The notes: generated from the sequence alone by a model not told the origin. A stretch of DNA of 63,381 bases, filler included, from Reticulomyxa filosa (GCA_000512085.1; 11 parts of 11 records of this genome joined end to end with filler, not necessarily neighbours in it), one strand, 5' to 3'. Positions 38,915 to 52,249 are shown, counted from the whole stretch's first letter. Numbers and translations: made by a program.

Positions 38915-39640
38915 TCGAAACGATTGTGGCAATTTCAAGCGTGGTAGTTCGAAGCATTGTAAAGAACGTTTGGCATCAACTCGGGCTCATAAAAGTTTCT
39001 ACGGATAATGGTCGGCGCGGCACAGCACCAAAGAAGGTGTCAAACTGCGATCTATATGCGCCAATGAACGGGGAACACTTGGTCGTTTTGAAAATTGCGC
39101 TAACTTTGATAACGCAGAGATTGAGCACTCGTGCCAAAACTGGTCATGTGCGCACATTCGCAACTTTGGGTTTTGGATCGTGCGTATACTGATTGGAGGA
39201 ACCTTTGAGCTCGTGAAACATTGGACATTGATAATCGTTGCAGAAAGAAAGAGAGCTAGTTGCATTTTCCGAGTCCGTCGCTGCAAGAGTTGTGTGCATT
39301 GCGTTTGTCGAACAAACGACTGTTATCTTTGCCGAACTGCCTCCTGGACCGACTATGAGCCGCTGACGACGTGTTGGGTAGCAATCAAGAAAGCAAGAAG
39401 TGAAAGACGAAGAAGGAAAGGACGTGAACATGGTCAAAAAATAATCGACATTGCGATTGAGCAACCACTACATCGGGAGAATCGTCCTATGTAAGAATTG
39501 TTCAATTTAGCTGTGCGGAAACTTCAAGACACTGGCAAGAAAGAATAGAAAGAGGATGATGATGATGAAGAGAAGAAAAATAATATCAAGCCAGTATCAA
39601 GTTGGATTGTTTAAAGGGGAAAAAAAAAAAGAAAGCAGTT
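38915..39640 (+). pseudogene. Decayed CCCH-zinc-finger-like / SOCS(BC)-box gene, copy 1
   Basis: 39272-39358 reads SPSLQELCALRLSNKRLLSLPNCLLDRL*. Upstream is a CCCH-like remnant (DCGNFKRGS..CKE.VWH). Many stops and frameshifts. Confidence 0.5.
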
Positions 39641-39749
39641 GGCCGGCTTTATTAAAATTGGTAATTGATTTGTTCTCTACGTATCGAAACGCGCAAAATC
39701 GCCACTCGCGGACGTATACTAACTTCCCATAGTGCGCCCCAATGGAAAG

Positions 39750-40590
39750 TGTTAAATGAATATGGCAATGTCAGCAGCAGTAGCCCGAAGTATTGCAAAG
39801 AACTCGTTTGCCATCAACGAAAACAGACACAAGTCTCTGGCGCTGTGCCACGCCAATAATTAGCCGCAAAGTTAGTGTCAAACTGCGAGCTACTGGTGCG
39901 AACAATGGAAACTTGGTCGTAATGGAAATGGCGCGCTAATTTTCAACTCAGGACAACAATTAAAACTAGTTGTGTGCGTACGCACATGCGCGTGCTGATG
40001 GGAGGAGTGGTAAACTCGCAGGTGGCATTGATCATTGATAATTGGTGAATAGATAGAACTTGTCGCATTTTGTGGCTCCATCATTGCAAGCATTGTGTGC
40101 CTTGCGTTTGTGTACAAACGCCTATTATATTTACCGAACTGCCTACTGGATCGATTATTAACCACAGGCAACGTGTTGGATAGCATTCAAGAAGCAAGAG
40201 AGAAGAATAGCAGCGAATACATCAAAAATAAAAAATAAAATACAAATAGTATCCTCCTCATTGTATCGCCAATACAAAAATTGTTGAATGACGCATGTTA
40301 ATGGATGCGAGAATTTCCAATCACAAGAGCGACGAGACACAACGACAGCAGCGACTGGATTGGCCGAAGAAATGGAAGACAAAGAAAAGGATGATGTTTA
40401 GGAAATACATAATCACACATGGCAGTCGAGTAAGCACACTCTCACACGGGACTATTCTTCCGATATCGTGGATGCTTTTTGCGAAACTCCAATCCAACAT
40501 TACCAGCCAACAAGAGTAGGAGGATGATGATAAATAGAAAGAAGACTCAGAGGATACCGCGTTGGATCTGTTTTAAAAGAAAAAAGACCA
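39750..40590 (+). pseudogene. Decayed CCCH-like / SOCS(BC)-box gene, copy 2 (tandem duplicate)
   Basis: Colinear nucleotide similarity with copy 1 (gtgtcaaactgcga, cttggtcgt, ttgtgtgc.ttgcgtttgt, ccgaactgcct.ctgga, gttggat..gtt.aaa). Reads VAPSLQALCALRL, then a frameshift, then KRLLYLPNCLLDRL. Confidence 0.5.
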
Positions 40591-41393
40591 TCCGTCAACT
40601 TACTTTAGTCATAAAATGGCTTTTCACACCCGCGAGTGACGGCTTTGCACGCTCTTATGCACGGACTAATTTCACATATTGCACCTCCAAATGAAGCTTC
40701 TTAACTGGTGTGACAATGTTAAGCGCAGCACCAGTGATGATTATAGTGGCAACGACGAAACGCAGTCCATGACCTCTTTCTCTTTTGTCAATTGTTTCGA
40801 CATATTGTACTGGTACTGCGCGCCAATATTTGAGTATCGCTATTGCATTCCACGATTTGATTTGGTGCGCACTGAAAAGCTAATGTTATTGCGTATTTGT
40901 TACAAAAATTAATAACATCGTGCAGTCAATAATTGGATCGGTCATTCAAAAGTCGCTCCATTATTTAGCGAATAAAGAAAAAATTGTGGATATTGGCAAT
41001 GTGTTGTTGGCGCTGGGCCCTGTCGAGTGGATACATGAACAACATTTTATATCACCGCCATCTCCTTTTCCACACAGTATTCGGTTGGTCATTTATGTGC
41101 GCCTGTTCCAAGTTCCTGTTATCTGTCATTATAATCGTATTTGGGTCCATTACTTAAAAAAGTTTTTTATAAAAACATTNNNNNNNNNNNNNNNNNNNNN
41201 NNNNNNNNNNNNNNNNNNNNNNNTTAATTAATTAANNNNNNNNNNNNNNNNNNNNNNNNNNNNNNNNNNNNNNNNNNNNTATATGTATATATAAATATAT
41301 ATATATATTTATATATACATATATATATGTATATACACATATATAAATATATTTCTACACTTTTTTTTCCCATTATTTATTTACAAATCAAAG

Positions 41394-42312
41394 GGAGATG
41401 GCACGTGGACTGATCGATTGCAAAACTTTTTGCAAGCAATGGCTCCCAACCAAACCTATAGCGAGTTTTATCATTACGACGGGTTTAACAAACTCCCGAA
41501 GACGACCGGCCCCGACGGACGCAATCTACTATGTGTGGACGGACCCATGGCGGCGCCGACGCAACACTTGGGCGAGTACGGCACGGCCATGATCATCGCC
41601 GCCGGCATCGGCATCACTCCTTTACGTGCCACGCTGCAGTCAATCGTGTACTATCGCTTCAAACGCGGCATCGGACACTCGTTCCCTGACTACGCGTATT
41701 GCTTTTGGATCGTGAACTGGGAACAACTCGATGCCTATCGCTTTGTCATTCGCACGCTCAAGGAAATCGAAGATGAGTTGTTTGACATGCGCAAAAAGAC
41801 TCCGCAGATTTTGTCAAAGATACTGCAAGTGCACGTTTTCGTCACGAGCGCTCCCAAAAATCCGACGTTTGATGGCTCCGAATTGCTGACCAATGGCGAC
41901 AAACAGGCTGACTTGGCCATTTGGGGGCCACATTATGATGATCTGTCACATGACCATGGACGCAGCGTCGGACGGGAACAAGCGCCTTTCACCGAAGTTG
42001 ACATTTATCGCACTTTGTATTGTCCTCAAAATGAACCCATTGCCATGGGAGATATCATTGTTCATCGTGGACGACCGTCGTGGCCGGACATGTTCCAACC
42101 TATCCAACAACATCACAGTGGCGAAACCATTGGCGTCATGTTCTGTGGACCTGACATTGTGGCAAAAGAACTCGAAGTTTATATATACTTTTTTTTTTTT
42201 TCATTATTTGTCGTCATAGCAACTTGTGCTTTTGTTTGAACAGACGCATTGTGGCAACTTCACTAATTTCGATACAAACACTACTTTCATTTTGCACAAG
42301 GAAAACTTTTAG
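41394..42312 (+). CDS. NADPH oxidase (NOX/RBOH)/ferric reductase C-terminal FAD-NADPH-binding domain (5' part missing)
   Basis: GDGTWTDRL, VDGPMAAP, MIIAAGIGITP, YCFWIV, GRPSW, IGVMFCGP and the terminal LHKENF*. Intron 42177-42243. Confidence 0.93.
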
Positions 42313-42698
42313 TAGTTTGCACACGATTCTCACGTGGTTGGTGTTCATTGCTTGTTGTATTATCTTCTTTTTCTTCTTTTTTTTTCCTCCTTAAATTCAG
42401 CTCTGTGCAGAAACAAAAATATTGAGCACAATATGATCGAATCATTGCAAACACATTTAGTTTATCAGAAATGACTCACCATGTAAAATTCCATTAATGT
42501 GACACTCTTGAAAACTTTTAAGTTCCCTTTTCAAAAGTTTAAGGAATTAAGGTATACGTTTTGTTGACTCCGACACAAGTTCCGTCGGGGACAAAAACGT
42601 TTCAAAAAAGGATTTCTTAAAAAAAAAAAAAGTGGTAGTTCTAGATTGATACAAAAATGAATAGTACGGTTGGCGAGGTAAGTATAATACAAGCGACA

Positions 42699-44266
42699 AT
42701 GAGTGACACATCCAAAGCGATAGAAACGTGTCAATTGCCTTGTTTGGCTTATGAACAAGAAAAAATAATTGACGAAGAAAACAACACACGCGAAAGATAT
42801 GACAAGCTGGATAATTCGAAATTGCTTGCAGGTATGCCAAGTAGAAAAAAAAACTCTTATTGCGGATATTTAAATGTGTCTGCTTGGAGTCAAAAAAACA
42901 GTAAGTAAATCTGAAAATACATATTAGGCAATGGCGCGATTGATTTAACCAATGGTAAGTATAACTAATATTTAACGCATCTGCAGTGAAAAATAAAGTC
43001 TAAATACATTGAGCTTATTTGTTTTGTTTTTTTATAAAAGAAAACTATGAGCCATTAGACAAGGAAATATCTATTAAAAAGATTAAAAGACTCAAAAACA
43101 ATAAATCAAATTACGAAAATGGGGATCTTGCTGAAAATGAAATGATGACAGATCCAAATAAAACTAAAAAGAAAACAAAAAAAAATCAAAAAAATCAAAA
43201 AACAAAACAAAAAGGACAAGCTTAAGAATCTGACAGAGTTCAATTTGTCAGAAATCAAAATAAAAATTATAAAGAAAAAGAAAAAAAGAACTTTGAATGA
43301 AATTAGAGATGATGAAGTAATAATGTTGTTTGTTTTTATTTTTCATTATTGTGATGAATATTTGTTGTTTGTTATGGATACGCAAATAAAAACAAATAAA
43401 CAGAAATTTATAAGTAAACAAGGCATAATAAATGGAACAAAAGAGAACAGGTCTCCAAAAAATTGCCGTTTGAACAATGATGAAAGAGTAACTACAAACG
43501 AAATATATGAATGTGTATGTAAATATGCATTTTGTGTAAGTTATTATTGTAAAGCAACAAATAGCTCTTTTTGTGTTCCTTTATGTCGGCTAATATTATG
43601 TAGGTGGACAATGTTGAACAATTTGAAAAAATTCCAAAAAAATCAGCGTTTGAAATTCACATTGATTACAAACGAAAGTCACAAGAATTTTCCAACCAAA
43701 AAAATGTTTTTGCTATTGATAAAAATGAAGAAGAAAATGTGTTGGGACAAACACAAAACAAACATCTAGATGAAACGCTATCATATAATATCAATTCTAC
43801 AAACAAAATTCAAATATCAAAGAAAAATATAATGCCAAATTTGAATGATACTAATCTACAAAAGGACACTGCATTTGGAAAAGAAAAAATTATTCCAATA
43901 GCAGAAGAATGTACAACTAAAAATTTAGAAATAGAACAAAATACAAACTTACAGCAAGATAAAAGAACACAAATTGAAAATTATATTTTCAACAATAAAA
44001 CAATTCAATTATATAGTGACAACTCAGTCGACTTGAAGTTTAAGTGCAATAATAACACAATGACTAATAATGGACAAACATTTGTAAGGTTAGATTTATC
44101 TCCTGAATTACCAATTGTCATCAATCGAAAAAAGAAAGATATGCATATGATACCATTGTGGTCAAAAATTGAAAGCGATAAAACTGTAAAAGTAACTACG
44201 GTTGATAACTCTTTAAAGGGTTGTCATACAAGTGACAAAAAAGAACTACAACAAAAACAAACATAA
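42699..44266 (+). CDS. Hypothetical low-complexity Asn/Lys/Glu-rich protein (multi-exon)
   Basis: Series of plus-strand ORFs ending in the 220-aa ORF 43604..44266. No domain recognised. Confidence 0.4.
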
Positions 44267-44555
44267 TAGAATCGAGAAAAGTTACTTTTGGCGAATAATT
44301 GTGCAAAAATAAATATGATACGTAATGATAAAAATATTTACAAAACTAACAATTTGTAAATATTATGGTAAACATGGGAATATTTACATAAGCGTTTGTT
44401 GCGATGAAAAAAACTTTAACAATTATTTGATGAAAATTGAACAGAAAAATTTTGAAATGACTTATATTTAACACATTCTCCAAAATATTTATTTGACTTT
44501 TCAATGATGATATTCTATTTGAATGATGTCAGGAATAAAAAAAAGTTGGCAAAAT

Positions 44556-45120
44556 GCACATTATAGATATAAGCGATTTTCTCCATGAAAAAACAACACT
44601 TAATGAATTTTTAAAAATAAATGAATATTGTGTTGTTTTGGTTTTTATTCAATCTTCCAAATTTTTCGATAGCTTTTTTAATTTTAAGCGTTTGTTTATC
44701 GTTATTTTAATAATTTTTTAAAATTTTTTATATATCTTTTATTATATATTGGCCGCTCTTAACAGTTTTTTGTGCGTTTGCGTTTTTCTCGTGTTTTACA
44801 GATAGTGACGAAAGTGGCACCTTATGAAGATGATCGATTTTCTATTTGAAAAATCAACATTTTAAAAAAATTTATATATTTTTTCTTTGTTAATTTTGGT
44901 CTAATTTTGTGTTTTTATTACTTCTTCACTAGTTTGCATTTGCAAAAGCAGATAAAAACAAAAAATTTAATTACAAGAGTTTTTTTGAAAGCATGAATAT
45001 CAATTTTCAATTTAAAATAAAAGTAAAGAATCAAATTTCGAAGGAGTAAAAACAAAAAATACACAATTTGTGGACATTTTTAAAAATTTATTCAAATAGA
45101 TCGATTATCTATATAATATT
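44556..45120. repeat. Degenerate copies of the foldback/MITE family termini
   Basis: gcacattatagatataagcgattttctccatgaaaaa (44556), gcaccttatgaagatgatcgattttct (44817) and a reverse-oriented gatcgattatctatataat (~45099) resemble the left terminus at 29661. Confidence 0.55.
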
Positions 45121-45557
45121 ACTTTATATATTTTTTTTGTTTTACTATTTGATGACTCCCAGTCACGGATTTGCAAAATAAGTGCATTTAAACAATCTCA
45201 AAAAATATCAAAAAAAAAATTTATTGGATAGTTGAATTTTTATGAAAATAGTGAATAATGTTATTGAGTGAATGTGTCTAAAATTGTCAAAGATTAATTT
45301 AATTCGACAAAATTTAAGTTTTGCAAACTTATTAAGGTTTAGTTGTACAATAATGTGCATTTTCAAAATTAAAAGATTTATTATGGCAAATTTGTATAGG
45401 TATATTGAAATGTTAAAATTTAGAGTTTAATGAATTTTTTTTGTTAATTTTTTAAACAAACGTAAGAGCTTTTAACTTGCTCGACACTTTTAACTGGGTC
45501 GTTTTTCTTCCATTAAAGACTCTTAGAAGAAAAATACGAAAAACTAATTTATTCTTC

Positions 45558-47724
45558 ATGGCAAAACAAGATAAATCCCTTTTTGAATATCTATCCTCTT
45601 TACCTCCCACTGTGCGTGGTGATACTCCGTCTGTAGTTTATAAAGACGAAATACTCTTTTGTGGTGGAACAGCAAAAGATTGTTATTCCTACCATACATC
45701 CAGAAATGAGTACAAATTTATCTGCTCTTATCCAGGGGATGTAGAATTATGTGGACACTGTGTTGTGAAACTCACGGATGATAACAACTTTAATGGTATT
45801 ACTTTATTGTCATTTGGTGGATTTGTTAAACATACATTAACGATGCGTTACATAAGTGTTTGGGATGACACTATTGAAAAACCAAAGAGTGACAATCAAT
45901 GGCTCCCTTTTACCGATAAACATAAGAAACAAGTTTTTATTGGTGTAAAGGAAGATAATTATGGTAAGGCCTGTGCATTGATTGGTGGCAGTAATAACAA
46001 TTTATTATTTATTACATATTTTCCAAAAAATATTGCAGTATTTGATTTAAATACATTTGGATATGTCAATCGCAGCACTTTATCCATCAATGATGTCATA
46101 ACTGAGCATTATTTTATCGCAAAGAGTAGTGATCACAAAAAAATAAGTGAAATGCTATTATTCCATAAAAATATTGGGTTAGCAATCGAGTATGATGAAG
46201 AAAAAAACACCTTCCAATTTCAAAAATTACGAGAATGCAAAACTATTGGACTAGCTTATGCATGTGTCCGTGTTAATGGCAGTGTATTATTTTTTGGAGG
46301 GGATAATAATTTTGGAGTGGGTAAATCAACAGATATATACAAGTATTCGATAATAGAAAATGAATGGATGAAATTTGAAAATAATTTACCATCTTCATTA
46401 AAGTATTGTGGTGCAATACTAAGTGAAGACAAGAGTTTTGTGCACGTTACTGGGAGTAATTCTCATATACATGTGAAAACAAAAGTGGAGCTATGGATGC
46501 ACGAAAAAACGGAGCGTGAGAGGCAATGGATTGCGATAGAAGAGGAAAAGACGCTTATTGAACAAATGAATGCAAAGGATCAACAATTTAAACTAGATAT
46601 GTTAAAGAAAGTTAGGTGCTATGTTATCATTTGAAATGCTTTCATCAAATTGTCCGGTAACACTACACAAAATAGAAAATTTTAGAAATTGAAATAATTG
46701 TTAGATATTGGAATCGATTAGCATCAATTAAGATAGGATGGCTCGATGACTTTAACGTCATTATTTCACAATATATTCTGGTATTCTCTTTCTGTTCTGC
46801 ATGACATACCTTTAGCTTCTTACTTAAAAAAACAAATAGCTGAAGTACTTCAAACCCCTGAAAGTTCTCCAGGGGCATATCGATTATGTGAAAAATGTTA
46901 AATTTTCATCAGACGGAACCAAAATTATTTCGACTTCTGAAGATAGAACAGTTCGTATATGGGATGTCATGTCTGGAAATGAAATTCAATTGTTTGACAG
47001 ACATCAAGATGAAGTGAATGACGCACAATTTTCACCAACTGGAAACATGGTTGTATCTTGTTCAAAAGACAAAACAATTCGATTGTGGGAGGTGAAATCA
47101 GGCAGAGAAATAAAAAAATTACAAGGACACGAGGCTAGCGTTACAAGTGCTCAGTTTTCACCTGATGAAAAAAATGTTATATCGTCCTCAGCCGACAACA
47201 AAATTATTTTATGGAACGTAAGTTCTGGTAAGGAAATAAAAAGGCTGATTGGACACGGAAACAAAATTAACAGTGTGCAATTTTCATCTGATTGTCAAAT
47301 ACTTGTGTCAGCTTCTGACGATAACAACATTAAAATATGGAATGTGCAATCTGGCGAATGCGTGTGCACATTGAAAGGACATTCCAATATTGTTTTTGGA
47401 GCACATCTCTCATCGGAAGGTAATAAGATTGTGTCCTGTTCAAAGGACAGCAAAGTCAGGATATGGGATGCAAAATCAACAAAAATGATCAAAACACTTT
47501 TTGTAACTGATGTAAGAGGTGCGAAATTTTCACCAGATGGCCAAACAATTGTATCCTGTTCTAGTGATAAAATCATTCGGTTATGGGATATAGAATTTGG
47601 GATGATAACACAAACATTAGAAGGACATCTTAATAATGTAACAGGGATAGATTTCTCTCCAGACGGAAATACAATTGCCTCTTGTTCTATTGACAAAACA
47701 ATACGATTGTGGGGATCCTTGTGA
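45558..47724 (+). CDS. Kelch-like beta-propeller + linker motif + WD40 beta-propeller fusion protein
   Basis: Kelch-like GG motifs (ILFCGG, LLSFGG, LIGG, VLFFGG..IYKYSIIENEW). Intron 46611-~46675, exon IEIIVRYWNRLASIKIGWLDDFNVIISQYIL, intron 46781-46839, then in-frame LKYFKPLKVLQGH and WD40 repeats. Confidence 0.85.
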
Positions 47725-48198
47725 GATCTAAATGATTCTAAGAGAGCTTAAAAATGTAGGTTGGCCAGTATAACTAAGTTTAAATTTTACTTTTGTAATT
47801 GAACAAATAGTTCAATTTAATTTGAAATAGGATAATCAAAGTTTTTATTGAAAAAATTCAAAACATTTCAAATCAACAGTACTTAAACTCAAAATACTAA
47901 TGTAAAAAAAATGAACAAATAAACAAAAACAAATGCGTCAGATTTTGAGTGAATCAATTTTGTTGTACTTTTAGTTAAATTATTTTTTAAAGAATGGAAA
48001 GAAATGTGTCCCATCATTAAAATACGGTAATAAACAACAAGCTATTTCATATTTTTATAAAAATCAGCACAACTTCTTACTTTGTAACATCAAAAGCATG
48101 ACATATACGACATAAAAAAAGGTGTGTTTAATACAATAAAAGAGCAAAAGTTATTTACATCCAATATTGATTTGATATAGACAACAAGAAAATTGTAG

Positions 48199-49351
48199 AT
48201 GAATACTGATATCAATCAAAAGGTGATACAATATCTGGTAAGTTTTTATCAATATTTCAGCGTAATCAAGTAAACGAAATTTCGGTTTAACAAAAAACAG
48301 TCAGAAAAAGAAATGAAAATAATCATTCAAAATTGGCTCCGAATTTTTGACATTAAATTAGGGTGGATCAATGAGTTCAACAAAATTGTTGTCAATTACG
48401 TTATGTTATTTATTTTAATTGTTCAAATTAGAGTGACAATATTTATGGTATTAACAATTAATATTAACAAAACAGGCTAAATATTTTCAATTGTCACAAA
48501 CTTTACAAGGACATAGAGCTACAGTAAAGAGTGTAAGATTCTCACCAGATGGTTATAAAGTTGTTTCAGCATCAAATGATCGTACAGTTCAGATATGGGA
48601 TGTGATAATCGGCCAAAGAATTCGAACCTTCTCAGAACATATGTATGCGGTCAACTATGCAGAATTTTCACCGGATGGAAATACTGTTGTATCGTGTTCA
48701 ACTGACAGAACAGTTCGATTATGGGATGTAGAAACAGCACAAGAATTGATGCTGTTGACAGTACCCTCAAATTGTGTAAACTTTTCTCTAGATGGTACAA
48801 GTATTTTATGTGGTTTAGAAGTTAACACAATACTGTTACATGATATCGAATCTGGGAAAGAGACTCAAAAACTAGCAGGCCATTCAGCCAATATAAATAG
48901 TGTACATTTTTCACCAGGTGGAAAAATGATTGCATCAGCATCTTATGACAAAACAATTAAATTATGGGATGTAAAATCAGGCAAAACATTGAAACAATTA
49001 AAAGGGCATTCTCATTATGTAACGTGTGCAAAATTTTCTCACAGTGGTAAATTTGTTGCCTCCTGTTCATTAGATAAGACCATCCGAGTGTGGGATGTAG
49101 AATCAGGAAAAGAAATAAAAACATTAAAAGGGCATTCAGATTATGTGAATGAGGTGAAATATTTCTCAGATGACAGAACTATTGTATCTTGTTCTGATGA
49201 CAAAACAATTCGATTATGGAATGTGAGATCAGGAAATGAAATACAGAAATTGGAAGGACATCTTAATGCTGTATTAAGCGTGGATGTATCATCAGATGGA
49301 AATACAATCGTGACGTGCTCTTATGATATGACAATCCGAATTTGGAGATGA
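48199..49351 (+). CDS. WD40 repeat protein with the N-terminal family motif
   Basis: Exons 48199-48237, 48301-48399 (IIIQNWLRIFDIKLGWINEFNKIVVNY) and 48476-49351 (GH..FSPDG..S.D.TIR.WD repeats). Confidence 0.9.
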
Positions 49352-49777
49352 CACAACTTGTACAAACAAACACAATATATTTTTTACGCTTACATTATTT
49401 TTTTGAATTGCTTAAATACTTTCTAAATGATAAATTTAAAAAATTTCATGCAAGTGGTACAATGACATCTTTTTCCATTTAAACACACGACTTACCGATA
49501 GCTTAAAAAAATGCAATGTTACACATCTCTTTTGAAAAGGATCAAATGTATTATATTTCATCAATCAATTGGCAGAATTAAGACGCTAATCTGTAATCAT
49601 TGTAATTTCATTATAGGCTGAGACTATATTATCCATTCCTGTCGCCATAAAATGCGATTGGGAAAGGCAACCAAGTTGACGTAAAGGCAATATAAATCAT
49701 TTGATTCTTCATCCAATCGCAAAGATGAAGCCATTGAAGATAATACTTTCGTAACCAATCGATTTAAGTGACTTATA

Positions 49778-49924
49778 CAGTAGGTTGCAAAGAAAACTGA
49801 ACGCCTAAAACATATCTTATGCTGATAATTGATTTTCTCAATGAAAAATAAAGATTTAAACTTAATTTTTTTTTAAAAAAATATCTATTAATCTTGTAGT
49901 TTTTAAATATGAAATTGGTTTTAT
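49778..49924 (+). mobile_element. Tc1/mariner-like terminal repeat, copy 2 (TA|CAGTAGGTTGCAAAGAAAACTGAACGCC...)
   Basis: Homologous to 29973-30120. Similarity begins exactly at TA|CAGT and runs into the contig end. Confidence 0.6.
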
Positions 49925-50679
49925 NNNNNNNNNNNNNNNNNNNNNNNNNNNNNNNNNNNNNNNNNNNNTTAATTAATTAANNNNNNNNNNNNNNNNNNNN
50001 NNNNNNNNNNNNNNNNNNNNNNNNCCCCCCCCCCCCCCCTCCCCCTAATTTTCCCCCCTTTCATTATTTTCCACAATTTTTAAAAATAAAATTAACTGAT
50101 GTCCATGTCGCTGCCTTCCATCCTATAAACAAAAACAAAATAACCTGGTACACGATATCAGGATCCAATCTTCATTCCTGTGATAACACTAACACTTTTT
50201 TTTTTTTTTTATGTTTGATATATTAAAAAAAAATAAATAAATAAATATATATATATATATAATATATATGTTGCGCGTTGTCAGGGGGAATTCCTGTTGC
50301 ACAACAAAAATAACATTATTAAAAAAAAGAAAATTTATCAATACAAACAAACCTATATTTCTCCTTTCGGAGACGGGGGGGATTTCTACCCCTTTTTTTT
50401 CTTTTTTCTTCTTTTTTTTTTTGTGTGGAGAGGGGGGAAACAAGAGCTGGTCCAATCTTTGCGTCTCGGGTGAACTATTGTTTTACAAACACACAGCAGT
50501 TAAATATATTAAAAAAAAAAAGAAAAAACAAACCGGAGTTTCTCTTTCGGAGACGGGGTTCGTTCTACCCATTCTTCTTTTTTCATCAAAGTTTTTGTCC
50601 TATGTAAAAAGCACAAACAAACTATCATTTACAAATAAATAAAGTATAGACAAAAAATAAACTTACATTGTTGTCGCAG

Positions 50680-51381
50680 TGGCCGATGTGGCTATCAACT
50701 TTATCAAACAATAAGTACCCTCCCAATTGCTCCTTCTCGCCGTCATCATGCGGGACATTGTTGGCACTTGATTGCATTCCCGATGACCTTTTGCGCCTAT
50801 AATATTTTTTTATTATGTGAGTCACAACAACATATACGTTTCATAATGTCACAAGTTTATTTGAATTTTTTTTTAAATAAAAAAAAAAAAGTATGTACAT
50901 ATAATTGTTTGTTTGTTTATACATCTTATGACAATTAATAACGTATATCAAAAAAAGAAAAAGTATACTTTTTACCTGTTGTTGACTTTGACGCACTGGA
51001 GTTCGACGATTGGTATTGGGACAGGCCATATTGAGAATAAATAGAATTGGCCTTTTGTGAGTTGGACTTGGCCGGCGCGATTTGATTTGAGTGGAGGCCT
51101 AAGTGGTGGGAATTGTCTTTGCGCTGAGACAATGATGAGCTGACGATGGCACGCTTTATTCCAGAATTGATAATATTGTAGAAGTGCCTCGCTCAGTTGC
51201 CTCCAAGCGTGCACCACCAACTTTTCGATTTTTGCTCGTTTTTGAGCCCACATATATCGTTTTCCTTTTGGTGCTTCTTTGCCATCTTATCGATTGTGAC
51301 GATTGGGCATTGCGGTGGGATTTCTGCGTTTGATTTGCTAAGTGTCTATTATATGTTCAAAATATCAAACATCAAACATTA

Positions 51382-51416
<35 letters not shown>

Positions 51417-51598
51417 TTAAAATATTGTTTTTTTCTTCACTGAACAGTTTCAACAGCGGCCATCACGATCAAATTTCCACAATCGATACTTTCTTCTTTG
51501 GCAATGAGCTCATGTTCTTGAGATACGCACGTTTCGAGCTTCGTATCGATGTTGCTCCCTGTCGTCCCGATGTCGTTCTGTTCATTTTTTTGAATATT
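50680..51598 (-). CDS. Fragment of an unknown multi-exon gene
   Basis: GC-richer exon-like blocks are separated by AT-rich introns with homopolymer tracts. The frame was not resolved. Confidence 0.3.
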
Positions 51599-52249
51599 NN
51601 NNNNNNNNNNNNNNNNNNNNNNNNNNNNNNNNNNNNNNNNNNTTAATTAATTAANNNNNNNNNNNNNNNNNNNNNNNNNNNNNNNNNNNNNNNNNNNNAC
51701 ACACACCACACTAGCAAGCAAATAGAAATGGTAGTCATCAAATTATATCATTGTTAGAAAAAATAGTACGAAAAAACATTAAAAAAAAAAAGACGTTGAA
51801 AAAAAAATGAAGAAAGTGAATGGAACAAATATGACAAAAAAAAAAAAAATTGCAAGTGGTGAGAAGAGCAACGGGAGAAAAAGTTACAAAGAAGACAATA
51901 ATGAGCAAAGAGGGAGAAACAAGTGCAAAAGGTGATAAAGCAACGGATACACACACACACACACAAAAAAGAAAATAGCAGGGACAATCGAAATGACAAT
52001 ATCGACCAAATAATAATAACATGAGAATCTATTTAAAAAAAAAAAAAGAACAATCAATCTAGTGATTTATTTAATTTCAAATAGTAATTAGCAGACATAA
52101 CTTCGATATTCGGATAAATGTAGTACAACGACCGTCGTCAGCCGATAGACAACGTAGGCGCATTATGGCGTAATATAGCCTCTACATCCCTCTGTTAGCA
52201 CGGCGCACTGCCGGCAACACCAAGGGGGAGACTCGATATAATGTCCATC

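Noticed and set aside
3996-42312. RNF213-like + ARH + NOX as a physically linked defence island
   Set aside because: The genes lie on different contigs separated by artificial spacers, so no linkage can be inferred.
31006-49351. ~126-bp periodic nucleotide repeats in three regions as tandem arrays or mobile repeats
   Set aside because: Fully explained by WD40 coding repeats.
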